64,000 bases of DNA. Source: an uncultured Candidatus Saccharibacteria bacterium (GTDB lineage Bacteria; Patescibacteriota; Minisyncoccia; Phycocordibacterales; UBA918). Both the position numbers and the translations under genes were made by a program. This document shows, one piece after another, positions 9,521 through 18,269 of this stretch; the stretch's first letter is position 1, and every line of letters begins with the position of its first letter. The notes beneath the pieces are model-generated. The model saw nothing but the letters and a program-made list of their open reading frames with translations. It searched no databases and was not told the DNA's origin. The stretch spans positions 1,784-65,783 of the forward strand of contig CAYMIV010000002.1 in NCBI GenBank assembly GCA_964390945.1. The letters are read 5' to 3'.

Positions 9521-9647
9521 TGAGACAGTCCGCGCGGACTGTCGCAAGACCTTGAGCAGTTGCTGCGAAAGGTGTACAGCGACTGTAAGGCGGCGAACTT
9601 TGTTCGATTCCCTTTTCAAACATCAAAAACATTCAACGCGAGGCCGA
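9521..9647. repeat. 127-bp insert bracketed by the tRNA-Pro 3'-end direct repeats; shares the repeat module with 10726..10812 and 4564..4603
   Basis: Starts tgaga, then hairpin cagtccgcgcggactg, then cgcaagaccttgagca...gcgaaaggtgtac; the same blocks recur at the tRNA-Gly(GCC) locus. Confidence 0.5.
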
Positions 9648-9663
9648 ATATTTTTGGTGTTTG

Positions 9664-9734
9664 TCGGGGAGCCGGGAATCGAACCCGGACCTCATGGTCC
9701 CAAACCATGAACACTACCACTATGCTACACCCCG
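9664..9734 (-). tRNA. tRNA-Pro(UGG)
   Basis: Manual cloverleaf: acceptor CGGGGTG/CTCCCCG (one T-T mismatch at 6:67), anticodon stem CATGG/CCATG with loop TTTGGGA (anticodon UGG), T-arm CCGGG-TTCGATT-CCCGG. Confidence 0.72.
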
Positions 9735-9884
9735 AATTTTGCCAGAGCATATTAACACATAGCAGCATATTTCCATAAATATTATTCACAATAGTAAGAT
9801 TGCGTGGTTTGTGGTGACAAACTGTATAGAGAGAAGAACTATTCAAAAAATATATTGGGTTTGATTATGATGTTTCACATGAAA

Positions 9885-10283
9885 CTAATCAATAATAATA
9901 TTTTCAATAATTTTGACTCTTGCATACTTTTCACGTGAAACAATTTTTACAGCAATGACATCAATTTGAAATTTGCCATTATAATTGCTTGAAGTTAACC
10001 AGGTTTCAATAACCCTTGCAATTCGACACAGTTTATCATTTCGAACCTTGTCTTCAGGGCGCCACGTTTCATGTGAAACCGCATACTCAAGATCAGACAT
10101 CGTTTCATATGAAACAGATTTAACTTCAACAAAATGAACCACGTCGCCTAATAGCGAAATAATATCGATTTCACCCCATTTTTTGAAATAATTTCTTTCA
10201 ACTATTTTGTGCCTCCTTGAAACAAGCCATTTTGCAGCGATATCTTCACCAATTTTGCCGATAATTTTATTGTCGGTCATCAA
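9885..10283 (-). CDS. YraN/UPF0102-like endonuclease-fold protein (PD-(D/E)xK-like)
   Basis: Core GEDIAAKWLVSRRHKIVERNYFKKWGEIDIISL...VHFVEVKS resembles the UPF0102/YraN family; it carries an internal insertion with repeated VS[RHY]E[KT] motifs. Confidence 0.5.
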   Translation of the reverse strand: MMTDNKIIGKIGEDIAAKWLVSRRHKIVERNYFKKWGEIDIISLLGDVVHFVEVKSVSYETMSDLEYAVSHETWRPEDKVRNDKLCRIARVIETWLTSSNYNGKFQIDVIAVKIVSREKYARVKIIENIIID

Positions 10284-10707
10284 GATATTATATCATTCGA
10301 TTAAAATTACTGGCGTGGCGTTTCACGTGAAACGTTACTTTCCAAATATGACGTGTGCACAACTAATTTTTACCCATATTTTAAGCCGTATAGTTAAGGA
10401 CATTCAGTGTTTATGTCTATGTCCTTTATACACATATTAAGGTGTTTGTTCACAGTTCGATGGTGGTTTTGTGAATGTGCTATTTCGCCAAACTTTAGTT
10501 ATGGTTCAGGATATTGGACCAGGCGTACATTCCAGGAGAATTCTATTTAACTCCTTTTGAGGTTTAAATTCGCGTGAATTTTGTATTTGATGTGCATTTT
10601 GAATCTAAGGCTCACACAGCGATTTTGATGCTTTCGGCGTGGCGAAGGATGGGGCATCGCCCCGATTCACATAAGCGAAACGACCTGAAAACATGTTCAG
10701 GTCGTTT

Positions 10708-10812
10708 CGTTTTGTGCGGCCAGGGTGAGAAGCAATCAATATTGCTTCGCAAGACCTTGAGCATGAATATGCGAAAGGTGTACTGCTCCCGTAGGGAGAA
10801 TCGAAACTTACA
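10708..10812. repeat. partial tRNA-Gly(GCC) 3'-end copy plus the shared repeat module
   Basis: ttttgtgcggccaggg, then tgaga, hairpin agcaatcaatattgcttc, cgcaagaccttgagca, gcgaaaggtgtactgctcccgtagggagaatcgaaac (the last block is identical to 4564..4603). Confidence 0.55.
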
Positions 10813-10881
10813 GTTTCAGTGCAGGTTGTCGCTATTTTCTGCAAAATAGCTGTCAACCTTTTCGATTCTCCAGCCCAAAAG

Positions 10882-10917
10882 GAAAGTACCAGATGTAAAA
10901 ACTGGTACTTTCTTTTT
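10882..10917. terminator. terminator hairpin downstream of the minus-strand tRNA-Gly(GCC)
   Basis: gaaagtaccag-atgtaaaaa-ctggtactttc followed by ttttt. Confidence 0.65.
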
Positions 10918-10918
10918 G

Positions 10919-10989
10919 TGCGGCCAGGGAGAATCGAACTCCCGACTAATCCTTGGCAAGGACTCGTTATACCACTTAACCATGGCCGC
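10919..10989 (-). tRNA. tRNA-Gly(GCC)
   Basis: Acceptor GCGGCCA/TGGCCGC, anticodon stem AGTCC/GGATT with loop TTGCCAA (anticodon GCC), T-arm GGGAG-TTCGATT-CTCCC, discriminator A. Confidence 0.85.
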
Positions 10990-11057
10990 GAATTTATGGT
11001 TTATGGATTATAGTATGTTAGACAGAGGCATGCAATGGATTAATAGAAAACCCCGAA

Positions 11058-11345
11058 TTATTCGGGGCGATTGTGGTTCATGAGATCCTGGAGCGTGAAA
11101 ATGCCGGCAAAACTAAGGCACATTTGAATCGCAGCGAGATGGCGGTTCGCCTTCCCACACTGCGTTTCTACGTTGATATTCTTGAAGTTTTCAACAAGAT
11201 ACCTGGCGTGTGAAAGAATTTCCTGTTTAGTGCACGACTCAAATGTTCTTGACGGGTCTATTCGTCTTGGTTCAACGCCATATTCGATGAGGCTGAAGAA
11301 CTGCTCGTATTTCGCGAGAATTGACAATATTTTAGCCGATGTCAT
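11058..11345 (-). CDS. hypothetical protein
   Basis: 95-aa ORF between two tRNAs; no recognisable domain. Confidence 0.3.
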   Translation of the reverse strand: MTSAKILSILAKYEQFFSLIEYGVEPRRIDPSRTFESCTKQEILSHARYLVENFKNINVETQCGKANRHLAAIQMCLSFAGIFTLQDLMNHNRPE

Positions 11346-11617
11346 GGAAATCTCCTCGGTGTTCCACGTGCAACACTACTTGAAGGAGCGGGGAAGTGCA
11401 AGGTGCACATATCCAAATGTGGTCACAAATCACTAGGTATCTTTGTTCGCTTCACTCCAAACATACTAAGTGTTCTCGACCCCACCTCGACATTTTTCTT
11501 TCTTTATTGAAAGAAAAATAAGCCTGCGTTTGAACACGCGTACGCAAGTGAAGCATTTCACTTGCTAGACTCAAAAACCATGCTTTCTTAAAAGAAAGGT
11601 TTTTGAGTCTACGCGTG

Positions 11618-11689
11618 TGCACCCACCAGGACTCGAACCTGGCACGACGGTTCCGAAGACCGTAATGATATCCACTTCACCATGGGTGC
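11618..11689 (-). tRNA. tRNA-Arg(UCG)
   Basis: Acceptor GCACCCA/TGGGTGC, anticodon stem ACGGT/ACCGT with loop CTTCGGA (anticodon UCG), T-arm CCAGG-TTCGAGT-CCTGG. It overlaps the spurious 5' extension of the cca ORF. Confidence 0.8.
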
Positions 11690-11769
11690 GTATTGGCGGT
11701 TCGCCTATCATACGTTTGACAAAGCCAAATTGCAATGCAAAAAGGGCTTTGAACTGCTATAATCGTCGC

Positions 11770-13239
11770 ATGATAGTGCGAAACGACATCCCAAAAGAAG
11801 TCCAACATGTGGCTGATACCCTAGAAAACAGGGGATTTGAGGCGCATCTCGTTGGCGGTTGTGTGCGCGATATACTCCTTGGGAGAAAACCAAATGACTG
11901 GGATATTACAACCAATGCCCACCCTACGGAAATTGAGAGTCTTTTCCCGGAAACATTCATAAACAACGACTATGGTACCGTGGGGGTGGTTACGGAAAGC
12001 GAAGATTCCACCCTTAAAGTCATCGAGGTAACGCCGTACCGAACGGAATCAACATATTCTGATGCGCGACGACCCGACTCAGTTGAATTTGGTGTCTCGC
12101 TTGAAGAGGATCTTAAACGGCGAGATTTTACCGTAAATGCCATTGCGTATCGCCTGAGGGGTGAAGCAGTCGTTGATCCTTATGGGGGGCGTGAAGATAT
12201 TAAGGAAAAACGACTTCGGGCTGTGGGGAAGGCGACGGAGCGATTTTCTGAAGACGCGCTCCGCATGATGCGCGCGGTACGGCTCGCGGTTGAACTTGGT
12301 TTTGTCATCGATAATGAAACACTCGATGCAATTGTTCTAAATAGTGCTAATTTGAGCCGTATTTCAAAAGAACGAATCCGCGACGAATTTGTTCGAATAC
12401 TGGAATCAAAGCAACCGATGCAGGGTGTCATTTTCCTTGAAAAACTAAAATTGCTTCAGCACGTCGCCCCAGACCTTCTGCGTGGTATTGGGGTGGAACA
12501 AAATCAAGCACATGCATACGATGTGTATGAACACCTCCTCCGCACAATGCAGCACGCAGCCGATAAGGATTGGGTATTCGACGTGCGTCTGGCCGGTTTG
12601 TTTCACGATGTTTCAAAGCCCGAGACTCGCCGTTGGTCCAAGGAAAAGAACGATTGGACATTCCACGGTCACGAGGTTGTTGGGGCGAAAGTAACAAAAA
12701 AAGCCCTCCAGGAACTCAAATTTCCACGTGAAAAGATAGAAAAAATTGTAAAACTCGTGCGCTGGCATATGTTTTTCAGCGACCCAGACCAAGTGACACT
12801 TTCAGCGGTCAGGCGAACGATCGCAAATGTCGGGGAAGAGCATATTTGGGAACTCTTGCAGCTGAGGCGATGCGACCGTATCGGTACCGGGCGCCCGAAA
12901 GAACAGCCGTTTCGACTACGTAAATACACCGCAATGGTTGAGGAAGCGCTCCGTGACCCCATTTCGGTCAAGATGCTCAAGATTGATGGAACGCGCATTA
13001 TGGAAATAACAGGGGAGAGGCCAAGTAAAAAACTTGGAGATACACTCCACGCACTTCTTGAGGAAGTGCTCGATGAACCAGCAAAAAATACGGCTGATTA
13101 CCTCGAGGGTAGGGCACAAGTGCTTATGGCAATGAGCGAATCGGAACTTGCGGCTCTCGGTGAGGCGGGTAAGGCAAAGCGCGATGCTGAGGAAGCAGCC
13201 GCAATCAAAGATTTGGGCCGAAAACACCACGTTTGTTGA
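11770..13239 (+). CDS. cca: CCA-adding enzyme / tRNA nucleotidyltransferase with HD domain
   Basis: Pol-beta-like head motif (GGCVRDILLG...DWDITT) and HD domain; the start is reset to the ATG at 11770 because the upstream part of the ORF covers tRNA-Arg. Confidence 0.85.
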   Translation: MIVRNDIPKEVQHVADTLENRGFEAHLVGGCVRDILLGRKPNDWDITTNAHPTEIESLFPETFINNDYGTVGVVTESEDSTLKVIEVTPYRTESTYSDARRPDSVEFGVSLEEDLKRRDFTVNAIAYRLRGEAVVDPYGGREDIKEKRLRAVGKATERFSEDALRMMRAVRLAVELGFVIDNETLDAIVLNSANLSRISKERIRDEFVRILESKQPMQGVIFLEKLKLLQHVAPDLLRGIGVEQNQAHAYDVYEHLLRTMQHAADKDWVFDVRLAGLFHDVSKPETRRWSKEKNDWTFHGHEVVGAKVTKKALQELKFPREKIEKIVKLVRWHMFFSDPDQVTLSAVRRTIANVGEEHIWELLQLRRCDRIGTGRPKEQPFRLRKYTAMVEEALRDPISVKMLKIDGTRIMEITGERPSKKLGDTLHALLEEVLDEPAKNTADYLEGRAQVLMAMSESELAALGEAGKAKRDAEEAAAIKDLGRKHHVC

Positions 13240-13257
13240 AATAGCGCTGAAGAAAAT

Positions 13258-13316
13258 AAAAAGGCCCGAGGGATCGATTGCCGACTTTGCTCGGCGCCCG
13301 ATCCTTCGGGCCTTAT
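13258..13316. terminator. long imperfect hairpin after cca
   Basis: ggcccgagggatcg ... cgatccttcgggcc stem with a 22-nt loop. Confidence 0.45.
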
Positions 13317-13752
13317 GGGGTGGATTGAGTCGTTGTGGGACGGAGTCCCTAAGGGTGGAGCATAGTGGCTCCGTACCCAAGAGTTGCGACTCATAAAAAT
13401 GGTGATTTTCGTTCTACCCAAAAGATTTGATGTAGTCCGGTCCTCACCTGTGATGTACTTAGAGTTTTTTTGGAGGTATTAACTCAATTTTATAATGATC
13501 TCTTTAAGGTCCTAATCCCTCGCGGGACGGATGCTCGCCCTTTCTGGGCCTACCCATAGAGTATGTCTTATAGGTTTTCTTGTAAAGGACACATTGTGGA
13601 TAAGTGTGCATAATCAAGGACAGTGTGTCTTATACGCGAATGAAGGTTTTTGATGTGTGATTTTGTCCTTATTTATAGCCACCTTTTGAATAGCGTCTTG
13701 CGTTGTGTTGACAAAATTAAGTATCGTGTGTTTGTGATTTGTGTGTTTTCAC

Positions 13753-14547
13753 TCAATCGAGTGAAATATCGATTGAAACGGGGCAGTGGTCACTGCCGAT
13801 AACTTCGGGGTGGATATTTGCCCGCCTGATAAATGGGGCAAGGTTCGATGATGCAAATATGTAGTCGATTCTCCAGCCAACATTTCGCTCGCGAGCCGCT
13901 CCCCAATGCGACCACCAGGTATAGTGACCACTCCCCTTGGTAAAGAGTCGAAAGGTGTCAACAAATCCCGCATTGACAAAGCGATCGATGCCAAGACGCT
14001 CTTCCCGTGTAAATCCTTTGCCACCCTCATTTTCCTTCGGACGGGCGAGATCGTCTTCGGTGTGTGCAACATTGAGGTCGCCACAAAAAATGACCGGTTT
14101 TTGTTTTTCCAACTCGGAAACGAACTCAAGATATGCCGGGTCCCACTGCGTACGCATTGGAATCCTGGAGAGATCGTCTTTGGCGTTGGGCGTATAAACT
14201 GTACTCACAAAAAAGTTTTCAAATTCGAGAGTAATCACACGCCCTTCCTTAGTAGTGTTGCCGTACACGTCGGTGAGCGTGTATTTTTCCGCTATATGCT
14301 CGGGAATACCAAGAATAACGCTATCCGGAGCCATTTTTGTGAAAATGGCAGTGCCAGAATAGCCGCTTTTTTCTGCAGAATTCCAATATTCATCATAGTC
14401 GGGAAGGTCGATTTCCGACTGGTGCTCGTGCGCCTTTGTTTCCTGGAGACAGAGAATGTCCGGCTTGAATTTCTCAATAAATGGCTCAAAAAGACCCTTT
14501 TTATGGATCGCGCGTATGCCATTCACATTCCATGAAAAGATTTTCAT
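13753..14547 (-). CDS. xth: exodeoxyribonuclease III / AP endonuclease
   Basis: Starts MKIFSWNVNG and has the typical ExoIII motifs (CLQETK, GDLNVAH, SDHCPV); start reset to the ATG at 14547. Confidence 0.9.
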   Translation of the reverse strand: MKIFSWNVNGIRAIHKKGLFEPFIEKFKPDILCLQETKAHEHQSEIDLPDYDEYWNSAEKSGYSGTAIFTKMAPDSVILGIPEHIAEKYTLTDVYGNTTKEGRVITLEFENFFVSTVYTPNAKDDLSRIPMRTQWDPAYLEFVSELEKQKPVIFCGDLNVAHTEDDLARPKENEGGKGFTREERLGIDRFVNAGFVDTFRLFTKGSGHYTWWSHWGAARERNVGWRIDYIFASSNLAPFIRRANIHPEVIGSDHCPVSIDISLD

Positions 14548-14634
14548 TAAGTTAGTGTACCAATTCGTATAAAAACATCGAGTATTTACGAAAACGCGCG
14601 CCATTTAGGCGCGCGTTGAATTCAACCTTGCTTT

Positions 14635-14830
14635 GATTAGCAGGGGAGGGCTTCGGGCTCCCAATCCCGAGCCATTGGGAGGTGCCTGCTGCCGAACCAC
14701 GACTCGCTCTGAAGGAGGGCGGCAACTCCCGCCGGAAGATCTCCCTCCGAAACATGCGGGGAAACAGGGGTGGATTGAAATTCGTACTTCCGTGCCGCTT
14801 CGCCACAACGTGCGGGCATACGTGCTCCTT
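14635..14830. ncRNA. GC-rich, densely base-paired intergenic region: candidate structured RNA of unknown class
   Basis: Nested stems (tcccaat/attggga; ggcgg-caactc-ccgcc inside ggaggg/ccctcc; gcagg/cctgc) with only junk-like ORFs; no confident match to SRP, RNase P or tmRNA motifs. Confidence 0.3.
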
Positions 14831-15116
14831 TGGTTATGGTACGTGAAAAAACGAGCTCCTCGCCAACATCAATGTACTCAGAATCGGCGGAATGGTATCA
14901 CGGCCATCTCGCGGTACGCAACCGCTCTCCACTTTCTACACTGCAGAAAGTACTACGCGCACGACTGAGGGTGTAGTGTCCCCAGATTTTTTAACAAGTG
15001 ATTTTTTTGTGATGATAGTATGGAGATATTACAAGGTGTAAAATATGTCATATGGGAGAGAAGGTCACCCACAAAAAGGAGAAGAAGAAGCCGAAGAAAG
15101 ATAAGAAGAAATAACA

Positions 15117-15150
15117 AAATCGGTGCCCTTGCGGACACCGATTTTGTTAT
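15117..15150 (+). terminator. rho-independent terminator
   Basis: aaaatcggtg-cccttgcgga-caccgatttt followed by a T-rich tract. Confidence 0.6.
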
Positions 15151-15341
15151 TTCTTCTTATGATCGGAGCAGTGTGAGTGACTATTCCTAATGGCACGAAC
15201 CTGCGAGATCGGGCAGGAGGCACTTATGAGCGTCAGAAAATTAGTGACCTGGCGCAAGAAGAAATAGTCACGCGGTAATCGTGGGCGTCTTCGACGACTA
15301 CGATTTTCGTTTCCTGAATAAATATTGTAGTCTATGCCACT

Positions 15342-16796
15342 ATGACACGTACCGACGGACTCATAACGTTTCGAGATGTTTCCTTTGAATATACGCATAA
15401 CAAGCCCATTCTCATTGGTGCAAATTTTGTCATACGCCGCGGATCAAAAATAACTCTCATGGGTCAGAACGGTGCCGGAAAAAGCACCATTTTTGGCCTC
15501 ATCACCGGCACCCACTCTCCGAGCGAAGGAGATATCAATATATTACCAAGGACGACCATCGCGGTCTCGCGGCAGGTAATTCCACGCGACGAGCTGGATC
15601 TTACGGTGCGAGAATTTTTTGAAAAATGTTTCAAGGAGAAAATTTACGATATTGATCCGAAAATTGACGTGGTGCTTGAGGCGGTAAATTTCTCTGCGCC
15701 GCATGACCGACGCATTCGTTCATTTTCTGGAGGACAGCAGGCGCGCCTGCTCCTCGCGTCTGCACTCATACAAAAACCTGACCTTCTCCTTCTCGATGAG
15801 CCGACAAACAATCTTGATGTTGCGGGAATCGAGCACCTCACCGCGTTCCTCAAGACGTACTCAAAAACTGTTGTGGTTATTTCACATGATGCGGATTTTC
15901 TCAACGCATTTACGCATGGTGTGCTGTATCTCGACGTTCACACCCACCTCATTGAACAGTACGATGGAAATTATCATGATGTCGTTCACGATATCAAGGC
16001 TCGTATTGAAAAGGAAAATCGAAAAAACGCCCAGTATGCGAAGGAGATACAGGCAAACAAAGAGAAGGCGAATTTTTTTGCCATGAAGGGTGGGAAAATG
16101 CGCCTCGTTGCAAAAAAATTGCGCGAGGAAGCGGAGGAATACGAAGAGAACAAGGTTGATGTGCGAAGGGAGGACAAAACCATTCGACCATTTACAATCG
16201 GCATCCCAAAGGATTTACCACCCAAAATACTTACCATTCGTTCATATAAAGTTATAAAAAACCACAAGCCATCTGAACGAACCTGTAATATTACCCTCAC
16301 CCGCAACACGCACGTGCAACTCGTGGGGCCAAATGGGATTGGAAAAAGCACGCTCCTCGAATCTCTTGCGTCAGGTCACGCAAGGGGGGAGACGGTGGCA
16401 CCGCACGTAAAAATCGGGTATTACCGGCAGGATTTTTCGACGCTAAATTTTGATGATACGGTGTTTGAAGCACTGCTCTCGGTCATGGAGAAAAAAATTG
16501 AAGAGGAAATGCGCTCGTGCGCTGCTGGTTTTCTCCTCACGAGCGATGTCATGCGCACTAAAATCGGCAATCTTTCGGAGGGACAGAAGGGGCTCGTCGC
16601 GTTTGCTCAACTCGTACTCATGAAGCCGGGACTCCTTATTCTCGACGAGCCGACAAATCACATCAATTTTCGCCACCTCCCGATAATTGCGGATGCGCTC
16701 AATGCCTATCAGGGTGCAATGCTCCTCGTATCGCATGTACCTGAGTTTGTGGAAAAAATTCGCATCGATGAAATCCTCGACCTGGGGAACGGCTAA
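15342..16796 (+). CDS. ABC-F family ATPase (tandem ABC domains, no TMD; translation-associated)
   Basis: Two Walker A motifs (GQNGAGKST, GPNGIGKST), two signature motifs (LSGGQQ, LSEGQKG), Walker B (LLLDEPTN, LILDEPTN) and a charged linker. Confidence 0.85.
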   Translation: MTRTDGLITFRDVSFEYTHNKPILIGANFVIRRGSKITLMGQNGAGKSTIFGLITGTHSPSEGDINILPRTTIAVSRQVIPRDELDLTVREFFEKCFKEKIYDIDPKIDVVLEAVNFSAPHDRRIRSFSGGQQARLLLASALIQKPDLLLLDEPTNNLDVAGIEHLTAFLKTYSKTVVVISHDADFLNAFTHGVLYLDVHTHLIEQYDGNYHDVVHDIKARIEKENRKNAQYAKEIQANKEKANFFAMKGGKMRLVAKKLREEAEEYEENKVDVRREDKTIRPFTIGIPKDLPPKILTIRSYKVIKNHKPSERTCNITLTRNTHVQLVGPNGIGKSTLLESLASGHARGETVAPHVKIGYYRQDFSTLNFDDTVFEALLSVMEKKIEEEMRSCAAGFLLTSDVMRTKIGNLSEGQKGLVAFAQLVLMKPGLLILDEPTNHINFRHLPIIADALNAYQGAMLLVSHVPEFVEKIRIDEILDLGNG

Positions 16797-16807
16797 TTGG
16801 AATTTCT

Positions 16808-17332
16808 ATGGGAAACAAAAAAAAGAGCCGAAAAAGGATTGTGGTGAGTACCCCGCGTCAACAGCACTACGCGTACATTTTGAGCGAACCGGAAGGAAAA
16901 AACTTTGCGCCTGATTTCAAACCGCAACTCACTCCGGTGGAGATGCTCACCCTTGGTGTTTTCGGCGGTTTATATTTTGAAGACAGACCAAATGAATACC
17001 CGAAATCATGGTGGATAAACGCAAAACTTTCCGAAGATGGAAAAATGCATAAGGAGCTGAATTACTTTGGAGTATCTGCGAGCCAACCACTGTCGGTTTG
17101 GAAACAGAGGGGATGGATCCACAAGGACGACCCGCGCGGCTGGTTTGAGTGGTATTGCCGCTACTATCGTGGAAGACGCCACGAAGACGATGCGCGACAA
17201 ATTAAACGTTGGAGAGCATTTGCGCGCCACGCCGCCCAGGTGGCTCACCACTGCAGAAGCGGGGATTCTTTTTGTAGGAGGAGGCAACGGCAAGCACTCC
17301 TTCACTGGGCGTATGATTCGCGCGCACTCTGA
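16808..17332 (+). CDS. conserved hypothetical protein (W/Y-rich motif ...GWIHKDDPRGWFEWYCRYYRGRR...)
   Basis: 174-aa ORF; the C-terminal ~45 aa look compositionally odd, so a frameshift is possible. Confidence 0.35.
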   Translation: MGNKKKSRKRIVVSTPRQQHYAYILSEPEGKNFAPDFKPQLTPVEMLTLGVFGGLYFEDRPNEYPKSWWINAKLSEDGKMHKELNYFGVSASQPLSVWKQRGWIHKDDPRGWFEWYCRYYRGRRHEDDARQIKRWRAFARHAAQVAHHCRSGDSFCRRRQRQALLHWAYDSRAL

Positions 17333-17428
17333 TGGTTAGTTGCTGCCGCGCATCGGCTTTGCATGTCGGGTGCGCAACATGGTAATCTTACTGTCACATA
17401 TTATTCAGAATCATTAGATATTTGAGTC

Positions 17429-18181
17429 ATGGAAGAGACACAAGCACAGGTGGTGCGCGAGGCAGAGGTGGTAGAAACAGCGAGCGCGACGACGCCGGTA
17501 CAGAATACGAAACTCAAAATTGCCGCTGCGATTATCGTACTCGGTATTGTGGTGAGTGGAGGTGTGTACTACATGCTCAATGTGCGAGCGGATACGGTAG
17601 CAATAGTGAACGGCTTCAAGATAACGCGCGACGAGTTTGATAAGAATGTCAGCATGATTATGCAGAGCGCAACGCTTTCTGGCGCTGATGTGGCAGACCC
17701 GATTGTAGTAAAGCAAATCAATGATCAGGCCCTCGATATTCTCATCAACAATGCTCTCCTCATCGAGGGGGCGCGGGGGGCCGGTATTTCTGCCGATGGC
17801 GCGGAGGTACAAACTCAATACGACGCCATTGTCGCGAGCGTGGGTGGTGCAGAGGAATTGGCAAAGCGCATGGCGGAGGTCGGCCTCACCGAGGAACAGT
17901 TGCGAAGCAATATTGAGGACCGGATTCTTGCTGACGCATTTATTGAGGCGCAAACGGATATTAAAAATCTTTCCGTCAGTGATGAGGAGGTGCAATCCTA
18001 CTATGACACTGTCGCCTCCCAAATAACCGAGGGGACAGAAACTCCCTCGCTTGATGAAATCAAGCCGCAAATTGAAGCACAGATTCTCTCCCAGAAACAA
18101 CAAGAACTCGTTACTGCGTTTCTCAAAAAACTCCGCGACGAGGCAACGGTTGATATAAAACTGGAAGAGGCGGTGGAGTAA
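17429..18181 (+). CDS. SurA-N-domain-like periplasmic chaperone-type protein, membrane-anchored
   Basis: N-terminal TM followed by a helical SurA_N-like domain; no PPIase domain seen. Confidence 0.45.
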   Translation: MEETQAQVVREAEVVETASATTPVQNTKLKIAAAIIVLGIVVSGGVYYMLNVRADTVAIVNGFKITRDEFDKNVSMIMQSATLSGADVADPIVVKQINDQALDILINNALLIEGARGAGISADGAEVQTQYDAIVASVGGAEELAKRMAEVGLTEEQLRSNIEDRILADAFIEAQTDIKNLSVSDEEVQSYYDTVASQITEGTETPSLDEIKPQIEAQILSQKQQELVTAFLKKLRDEATVDIKLEEAVE

Positions 18182-18206
18182 TTCTGAAGCAATTTTCTGT
18201 CGCCCC

Positions 18207-18240
18207 GAAAAGCCCCGCCACTGGGGCTTTTCGTTGAATA
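18207..18240 (+). terminator. rho-independent terminator
   Basis: aaaagccccgcc-actg-gggcttttcg. Confidence 0.7.
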
Positions 18241-18269
18241 AGACAAAAGGTTTTGCTAGGCTACTTTGT

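Noticed and set aside
11617-11769. 5' extension of the cca ORF (MHPPGLEPGTT...)
   Set aside because: This stretch is the reverse complement of tRNA-Arg(UCG), and the CCA-enzyme homology starts at the ATG at 11770.
14635-14830. Assignment of the GC-rich structured region to SRP RNA, RNase P RNA or tmRNA
   Set aside because: The SRP domain IV GGAA-loop context, the RNase P P4 (AGGAAAGUCCGGGCUCC) and a tmRNA tRNA-like domain with CCA could not be found on either strand, so the class was left open.
17414-18103. 229-aa minus-strand ORF
   Set aside because: It is fully antisense to the SurA-N-like gene, which has a coherent TM plus domain organisation. The minus-strand translation is low-complexity, so it is likely spurious.
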